Source: a virus
Taxonomy: Duplodnaviria > Caudoviricetes
IMG/VR virus record: IMGVR_UViG_3300028591_000128
Span: 42,311-106,310 of that record
Length of the DNA stretch: 64,000 bases
Direction: 5' to 3' (one strand)
The notes beneath the pieces were generated by a model. It saw nothing but the letters and a program-made list of their open reading frames with translations, did no database searches and was not told where the DNA came from. A program made the translations under genes and the position numbers. Shown one piece after another: positions 58,643 to 64,000 of the stretch; positions within the stretch are counted from its first letter, which is position 1; the number at the start of each line of letters is the position of its first letter.

Positions 58643-58735
58643 GATAATCCCTTTCTACATATAAGATGATATTTACATTGTAGCACAAACTAATGAAATG
58701 AGCCACAGTATTTATAACGATTCTTAATACATAAT

Positions 58736-59887
58736 TTATGTATGTATCAGTATAACATTTTCACTTTGAAGCGTCGATCTATGTATATGAAGTTCTTCTG
58801 AATCAATATATGATTTGCAGATATGTTCAAATTCTGCAACATCGTTGTCTGTAGATGTATTATCAAAATTTAAATACATTATGCATCCGGTTACATAGGT
58901 TTCGCAACATTCATCAGAAGATCCAAATGGAAGTATTGATACACCACACACAGTAAATCTATCGCACTTATTATGAACTGTGTCTATAAATTTTACTAAA
59001 CTGTCATGCAGACTCTTCGAAATTTTTGGTTCAGAGCCAAAGTATCCATGTTCCTTGACATCATTATATATTGTATAATTTATGTAAAAATTCCGTACTC
59101 CACAGCAAGCATAATTCATACTTGAAAAATCTTCACCAAAAAATAGGGAGTTTTCCCTGTAATTAATCCGTTCCATTGCACAGTCTAAATTGCAATTTTC
59201 CGGTAACATATTATCAATTATAGTATAATCAATTCCCCAGGACTGCATAACATGATTTGGCATAACATATTCTGGTGATATATCGTGCATGATCGCATCT
59301 TCGCAACACCATAATATATCATAATAAACTGAAATCTGTGTGGAAATTGGTAATGAACTAACTTCATCTACAAATCTTGCCTGACCTATTGCACACATTG
59401 CACCTACACTTATGGATATGTTAAAGTCTTCTTTATCAATATCATGAAAACTACAATCCAATGTGCACATAGGATCATCACCTATAGTAATATACTCAGA
59501 AACTTTTGAAAATAAGTGGTATATGACTTCATTAGACAACTGAATCCAATAAGGTATACGGACAACAATATATCCTAAAGATTCAAAATAGTCATCACGT
59601 TCTCGATCATTCAAAACAACTTGTGGATCTTGATAATGTGCGATACCATCAAACTCAACAATAAGATTAAGTTCCTCACATCTAGCATCAGGCTTGTATC
59701 TACGAAGTTTTGCATCTTTGTTTCTATTAAATACAACATCTTTTGGTACATTGGAATTATAAACAAAGTCATAACCATTAAATATGTATGACAAATACTC
59801 CTTTAATGGTGTATTACGATTCGGATCAAAATATTTCACATCAGATTCACGTAGATATTTCCATCGCATAGTTTCTAGTTTTTCCAT
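58736..59887 (-). CDS. DUF559/Vsr-like PD-(D/E)XK endonuclease domain protein
   Basis: KPDARCEELNLIVEFDGIAHY...DRERDDYFESLGYIVVRIPYW. Confidence 0.7.
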   Translation of the reverse strand: MEKLETMRWKYLRESDVKYFDPNRNTPLKEYLSYIFNGYDFVYNSNVPKDVVFNRNKDAKLRRYKPDARCEELNLIVEFDGIAHYQDPQVVLNDRERDDYFESLGYIVVRIPYWIQLSNEVIYHLFSKVSEYITIGDDPMCTLDCSFHDIDKEDFNISISVGAMCAIGQARFVDEVSSLPISTQISVYYDILWCCEDAIMHDISPEYVMPNHVMQSWGIDYTIIDNMLPENCNLDCAMERINYRENSLFFGEDFSSMNYACCGVRNFYINYTIYNDVKEHGYFGSEPKISKSLHDSLVKFIDTVHNKCDRFTVCGVSILPFGSSDECCETYVTGCIMYLNFDNTSTDNDVAEFEHICKSYIDSEELHIHRSTLQSENVILIHT

Positions 59888-59960
59888 AGATTCACCTCTT
59901 TCGAATATACAGAAATAGTTCTACATATTATAACGATTTTATCCACAAAAACTAAAAAAA

Positions 59961-59994
59961 TATGGGTGTACACATAAGAATAAGTACACCCATA
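59961..59994 (-). terminator. rho-independent terminator
   Basis: tatgggtgtac...gtacacccata stem followed by a U-run on the minus strand. Confidence 0.7.
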
Positions 59995-60015
59995 CTTGAT
60001 AAATTTTATGCAATT

Positions 60016-60558
60016 TTACATATAATCGTCTTTTGTAAGATAAATTGCTCTGGATATAACAAACTGAACATTAACCTTTACAAGACCACCATCTTGTGCA
60101 TGATCCCCATTGTTTAGGTTGTTAATCCAAGTTCCAGGACACTTAATTACATCCCTAGGATTTCCCTGTCCATCATATTTTATGAAGTATACGACACGCA
60201 TATACTGACTAGGAAGACCCATCTTTTCAGTCTTGCTATCATAAATCTGGTTTCTCCACGCACGAAGAGAATCGAGCACGTTTGGTTCACAATAGCAGTT
60301 AAGATCCCAAGGAACATTGTTAAATGTAACCTTATTTGGGAACTTAATTACACCATTTCCATAATGAACTGTAATTTCTTCCTGAGATTCTTCAATAGCT
60401 CCTACTGTATCTGTTGACATAGTAAGTAAATCACTGAATTCTGTTGGGGAACTCCCATCCATATTGTAGATTCGGACTTCAAAATTTTGTTTCATTAGAG
60501 GAACAAAATTATCAATGCCCAACATATGATCTGTCCCCATATACAATGGTTTAAACAT
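60016..60558 (-). CDS. tail tube protein (T4 gp19-like)
   Basis: VHYGNGVIKFPNKVTF...LRAWRNQIYD...MGLPSQY...GTWI pattern. Confidence 0.7.
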   Translation of the reverse strand: MFKPLYMGTDHMLGIDNFVPLMKQNFEVRIYNMDGSSPTEFSDLLTMSTDTVGAIEESQEEITVHYGNGVIKFPNKVTFNNVPWDLNCYCEPNVLDSLRAWRNQIYDSKTEKMGLPSQYMRVVYFIKYDGQGNPRDVIKCPGTWINNLNNGDHAQDGGLVKVNVQFVISRAIYLTKDDYM

Positions 60559-60655
60559 ATCGTTTCTCCTTTCTATAGAAATATTTTATATTTATATAAA
60601 ATGTGATGTTCAAATACTTGATACATTCTAACCTTATATTTATTTACAAAGGTGG

Positions 60656-61312
60656 GTGATAAAATATATGGATTCAAACGAAAAACGTATAGATACACTA
60701 ATGAAAATATATGGTGTAACCAATGTTTCATATTTGCCAGAAGTTCAAGAGAAACGCAGGAAAACTTTTGAAGATAAGAAAGATATTGCTATATTTTATC
60801 AGCCACCGAGAGTGCATAAGATGTATGCTGAAGATTTGGAATTATATAGGCTTGATAAGAAGATAGCAGATTCTTGGCTAAATAAATACCATCCATTTAA
60901 AGCACCGAGGGGAAATGTTTTATGTCTCGGTCTTACGGATGGTTCAGAAATATACTGCATTATGACTTTTAAGAAATCAAGAAATAAGGAATACTTTGCT
61001 GAACTTTCCAGATTATGGATGCGTCCTACATATAACATAGTTGGTGGGTATGATAGATTATCTGCTATAGCATCTGAGTTGGGTGTATATAATATAGTAG
61101 CTTACGTGAATATGTCTTTTGAAAATTACAAAGACTATGAATCAATCGGTATGAAATACATCAGAGACATTCAACCCACGAAATGGTGGATAAAAGATAA
61201 TGATCGGATATCTGATGCATCTAGAAGACAGAAAGGTATTACTGAAAATGAATTAGTATTTAATTGGTATCAGCCAATCTATGATTGTGGTCAAAGGGTC
61301 TATGTTGGGTAA
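60656..61312 (+). CDS. Mom-like/GNAT-fold protein with an N-terminal YGVxNV repeat unit
   Basis: AELSRL...IVGGYDRL...IVAYV...IYDCGQRVY pattern. Confidence 0.5.
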   Translation: MIKYMDSNEKRIDTLMKIYGVTNVSYLPEVQEKRRKTFEDKKDIAIFYQPPRVHKMYAEDLELYRLDKKIADSWLNKYHPFKAPRGNVLCLGLTDGSEIYCIMTFKKSRNKEYFAELSRLWMRPTYNIVGGYDRLSAIASELGVYNIVAYVNMSFENYKDYESIGMKYIRDIQPTKWWIKDNDRISDASRRQKGITENELVFNWYQPIYDCGQRVYVG

Positions 61313-61569
61313 AAAGAAAATTGCCATGTCCCGTGGAAAGGAGCACGAGGCATGGCAATTTGTTTTGTACCGAACTTGTGGAAAACTCAGCAAAAACCAC
61401 TTATCCGGTTGCTCCGTCCCTTGATAGTGCGCCCAACTTCAAGAGGCGGAATTCCTACTTCCTTATGGGTGACAAGTCCACTTGGTTAGTAGGATACTGT
61501 ACAAACTTATTTATAGGAGGCATTGCACAGTATGAATATGGAGAAAACCAATGACAAACTCAGCTTTCA
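61312..61569 (-). ncRNA. candidate small non-coding RNA
   Basis: SigA promoter at 61576-61604, terminator at 61318-61361, no substantial ORF between, locally GC-richer. Confidence 0.45.
61318..61361. terminator. bidirectional terminator hairpin
   Basis: aaattgccatg...catggcaattt stem with U-runs on both strands. Confidence 0.7.
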
Positions 61570-61575
61570 TTTATT

Positions 61576-61604
61576 ATTTTAGCACCACAAATATAAAATG
61601 TCAA
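61576..61604 (-). promoter_or_regulatory. SigA-type promoter
   Basis: TTGACA-N17-TAAAAT with TG extension. Confidence 0.7.
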
Positions 61605-61637
61605 TAGGTATTTTATAAATTTGTTAATAAATTTATC

Positions 61638-62855
61638 TTAATCAAAGTATTCTGATTCAGCTTCCCAAACATTGTGACAAAATTCTACTTTAGATCTAAG
61701 TTCTCTTGCATACTTATCCAATATCTGATTAACCGTGGATTTTGACATCTCCTTTTCAGCATCAGAATAATTCCATGGATGCTTTGCCGGATATATGATG
61801 GCAAGTCGGTTAGATTCAAACTTAGTATCACAGTTAGATACGGTAGTAAGGCCAGATTCATTCCGAATGATACAATTGATTAAATAGGATGGATAACTCT
61901 CATCTTGTTCGTATTCCATAATATTTTGTTCTGTAAGTGTATCTTTAAGCTGCTCATGACGAGACAGGCATACATCATCCAATGAATCTTTGTGAGATTC
62001 AATGAAATTCTTTATCACGTAAATTGGTGTTTTGTCAATGTAAAATCCAGGTCCTGCATCAACTACTGTGTAAACTTTTCCATCCATATCACCAAATATT
62101 GCGTTCAGTAATCGTTCTTCAGCTGTAACCCCTGTAGGAATCTTATGTTTTCTATGATACTGAATTACACAAGCATACCCATCTTCACGATATTCTCCCA
62201 TGGAATCAAGTTCAAATGCAACATCAGAATGGTAATCAATAAGTGACTTCTGATCAGTTTTAACATCACAAATAATTACCGATCCACCAGTTGTTTCCGA
62301 ATAGAATATAAGGATATCAAGTTTTGCTGAAAATCCCTTGTATTTCACATTACGTACTTCAAAATCATATTCGTCACTCCAGGAAATGGTGATAACAGAT
62401 GCTTTTTCTGCAAATCCGACTTCACCTTTTGGAACATCCATAGGCTTTCCAACATATACGCTAACATCCTCTTCATCATAGATTGTAAAGAATGTATCCA
62501 CACATTCATAAAGACTATTGTAAATCGTATTGGATCCGGACAACTTCTTTATACCATCTGTAATTGTTTCCACACACCGTTGAATTCGCTCATAAATTGG
62601 TAATTTACGAAGTTCTGATTTCATAGTATCTTCTGTATCTTCATATCCGCATGCTTTCATAAACGTTGCAAGTGGGATACCGGAGAATGAATTTCCAGCA
62701 AGTTTTGCAAGAGTAGATTTTGTAGGCTTACCTACTGAATCTGAATTAAGCAAACGATTTAGATACTGTGGAGTAATCCCTGCATCTTTTGCAAATTCAC
62801 TTTGAGTTCTATTTGGCCCAATAGCCTTTTTAATCAGTTCCTGAAATTCTGTCAT
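61638..62855 (-). CDS. XRE-family HTH domain protein
   Basis: RTQSEFAKDAGITPQYLNRLLN. Confidence 0.7.
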   Translation of the reverse strand: MTEFQELIKKAIGPNRTQSEFAKDAGITPQYLNRLLNSDSVGKPTKSTLAKLAGNSFSGIPLATFMKACGYEDTEDTMKSELRKLPIYERIQRCVETITDGIKKLSGSNTIYNSLYECVDTFFTIYDEEDVSVYVGKPMDVPKGEVGFAEKASVITISWSDEYDFEVRNVKYKGFSAKLDILIFYSETTGGSVIICDVKTDQKSLIDYHSDVAFELDSMGEYREDGYACVIQYHRKHKIPTGVTAEERLLNAIFGDMDGKVYTVVDAGPGFYIDKTPIYVIKNFIESHKDSLDDVCLSRHEQLKDTLTEQNIMEYEQDESYPSYLINCIIRNESGLTTVSNCDTKFESNRLAIIYPAKHPWNYSDAEKEMSKSTVNQILDKYARELRSKVEFCHNVWEAESEYFD

Positions 62856-62858
62856 ACA

Positions 62859-63548
62859 TTAATCCTCACTTTCAAAATCACTGTCAGATTCGATTTCGTA
62901 CCTGCTGTCAATCTCATCAAGAAATTCACGGTCAAATCCATCAATCATAGAGTACCCACCATCACGCAATGCCCTATAAATTCTACCACTTGAATCCTGC
63001 ATATGCTTTGGTTCTTCAGAACCCATCCAACTATAAAGGTTATTATGCTCTAATGTTTCAAGATATTCTTCAAGCATCCTGGTTTCATTCATGATGATTA
63101 TGCTAGGAGCATTAAGTTCTAATAATTTTCCAAGTCTTGAAGATCTGTTTTCTACTCTGGCAAACAAATAACATACATCATCCCATATAATGTTGCAGTT
63201 CTCAAAATAGAACAATGTTGGAACTTCAATTTCTGTAATCGGATGAATCTCTACATTGTGTGCATTGCAAATTTCTATAATTGCATCTGGACCATAAGAT
63301 AGCTTAGTTGCATCCATATCATTAGAAATTGACTTGACAGATGTATCCAAAAATTCGAATTCACCAGAATCATTCTTGTAAATAAATTTTATACATCTGA
63401 GAACGTACATAAGATCTTCCATAGAATATGGGAGTTTATCTGCAATTCTTTGTATGTGTGTGTCAATGAGCATCGGTCTGCATAGTGATAGTTTCAGCAT
63501 ATTAAAATCTCCTTCTGATAACATATTTACCAAATTTATCTTCGGCAA
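62859..63548 (-). CDS. hypothetical protein
   Basis: 229-aa ORF; start uncertain because a TTGACA-N17-TATATT promoter at 63553-63581 lies immediately upstream. Confidence 0.55.
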   Translation of the reverse strand: MPKINLVNMLSEGDFNMLKLSLCRPMLIDTHIQRIADKLPYSMEDLMYVLRCIKFIYKNDSGEFEFLDTSVKSISNDMDATKLSYGPDAIIEICNAHNVEIHPITEIEVPTLFYFENCNIIWDDVCYLFARVENRSSRLGKLLELNAPSIIIMNETRMLEEYLETLEHNNLYSWMGSEEPKHMQDSSGRIYRALRDGGYSMIDGFDREFLDEIDSRYEIESDSDFESED

Positions 63549-63638
63549 GAATAATATATCATATGGAGTAAACTATGTCAATATGAAAATTATAAATTTA
63601 TTAAAAAATTTATCTTATATAAAAATATACATAAAAAT

Positions 63639-63662
63639 AGTGCCGAGAATATTCTCGGCACT
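63639..63662 (-). terminator. palindromic terminator
   Basis: agtgccgagaatattctcggcact followed by a U-run on the minus strand. Confidence 0.65.
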
Positions 63663-63675
63663 GAATGAACATACA

Positions 63676-64000
63676 TTATACTGTAATCGGTTCGAGATAC
63701 TTCGTATAATCTCCAGTAATGAGATTGAACCAATCAATATCATAAGAATCTTGGCAGATATCATCATATAACATTTCAAGAAGGATTTCATCATCTGTCA
63801 TACCATCTGCGTATTCACCTCTGTAATCTTCAAGATCATCCGGATAGATGGTACATTCCTTAATGAACTGAAGTAATTTTGACTCATCAGATGGAAGTGT
63901 GTAAAGAGTGCCACCAGTTGTACCATCATGATCTGCGGAAGATAAGTACATAACACCATTATCATTATAAATGGTAGTTGCGTTGTCGTAATCTCTGTAT
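63676..64000 (-). CDS. hypothetical protein (5' end probably beyond window)
   Basis: frame stays open from 63951 to the window edge. Confidence 0.5.
   Translation of the reverse strand, partial: YRDYDNATTIYNDNGVMYLSSADHDGTTGGTLYTLPSDESKLLQFIKECTIYPDDLEDYRGEYADGMTDDEILLEMLYDDICQDSYDIDWFNLITGDYTKYLEPITV

Noticed and set aside
61285-61554. 89-aa plus-strand ORF
   Set aside because: Runs through a terminator hairpin and lacks an SD; the region is better explained as a minus-strand ncRNA.
1-64000. CRISPR array, tRNA or rRNA genes; impression of frequent CCGG and rare GGCC/GCGC
   Set aside because: No repeat-spacer array or cloverleaf recognised. The k-mer bias cannot be counted by eye and needs an observed/expected computation.

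Overview
AT-rich segment of a large (probably jumbo) myovirus with T4-like head and baseplate proteins. It uses the standard genetic code and most likely infects a Firmicutes host (the endolysin has choline-binding-type wall repeats; SigA-type promoters are present). Almost all genes are on the minus strand. 1.5-44.7 kb is virion morphogenesis: capsid, prohead protease, a 2318-aa DUF285/BspA-repeat protein, endolysin, tyrosine recombinase, tail fibres (one ending in a GH5 glycosidase), baseplate, multi-domain wall hydrolases and tape measure. 44.7-52.4 kb holds small accessory genes, many with a shared [IV]-x-[AS]-[AS] motif. The standout is 52.4-58.6 kb, a C5-cytosine DNA methyltransferase split into an N-terminal subunit (motifs I-VIII) and a separate C-terminal subunit (motifs IX-X). 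The C-terminal gene is interrupted by a 324-nt group I intron. Around it lie 23 overlapping 45-76-codon mini-genes, each resembling one target-recognition (TRD) module of multispecific phage methyltransferases: 8 between the two halves and 15 downstream. Three cassettes are frameshifted at slippage-prone sites, and an RHH/MqsR-like toxin-antitoxin-type pair is inserted in the array. Also present are two recurrent phage promoter motifs and a candidate ~250-nt ncRNA. All family calls come from motif recognition by eye, not from database searches.
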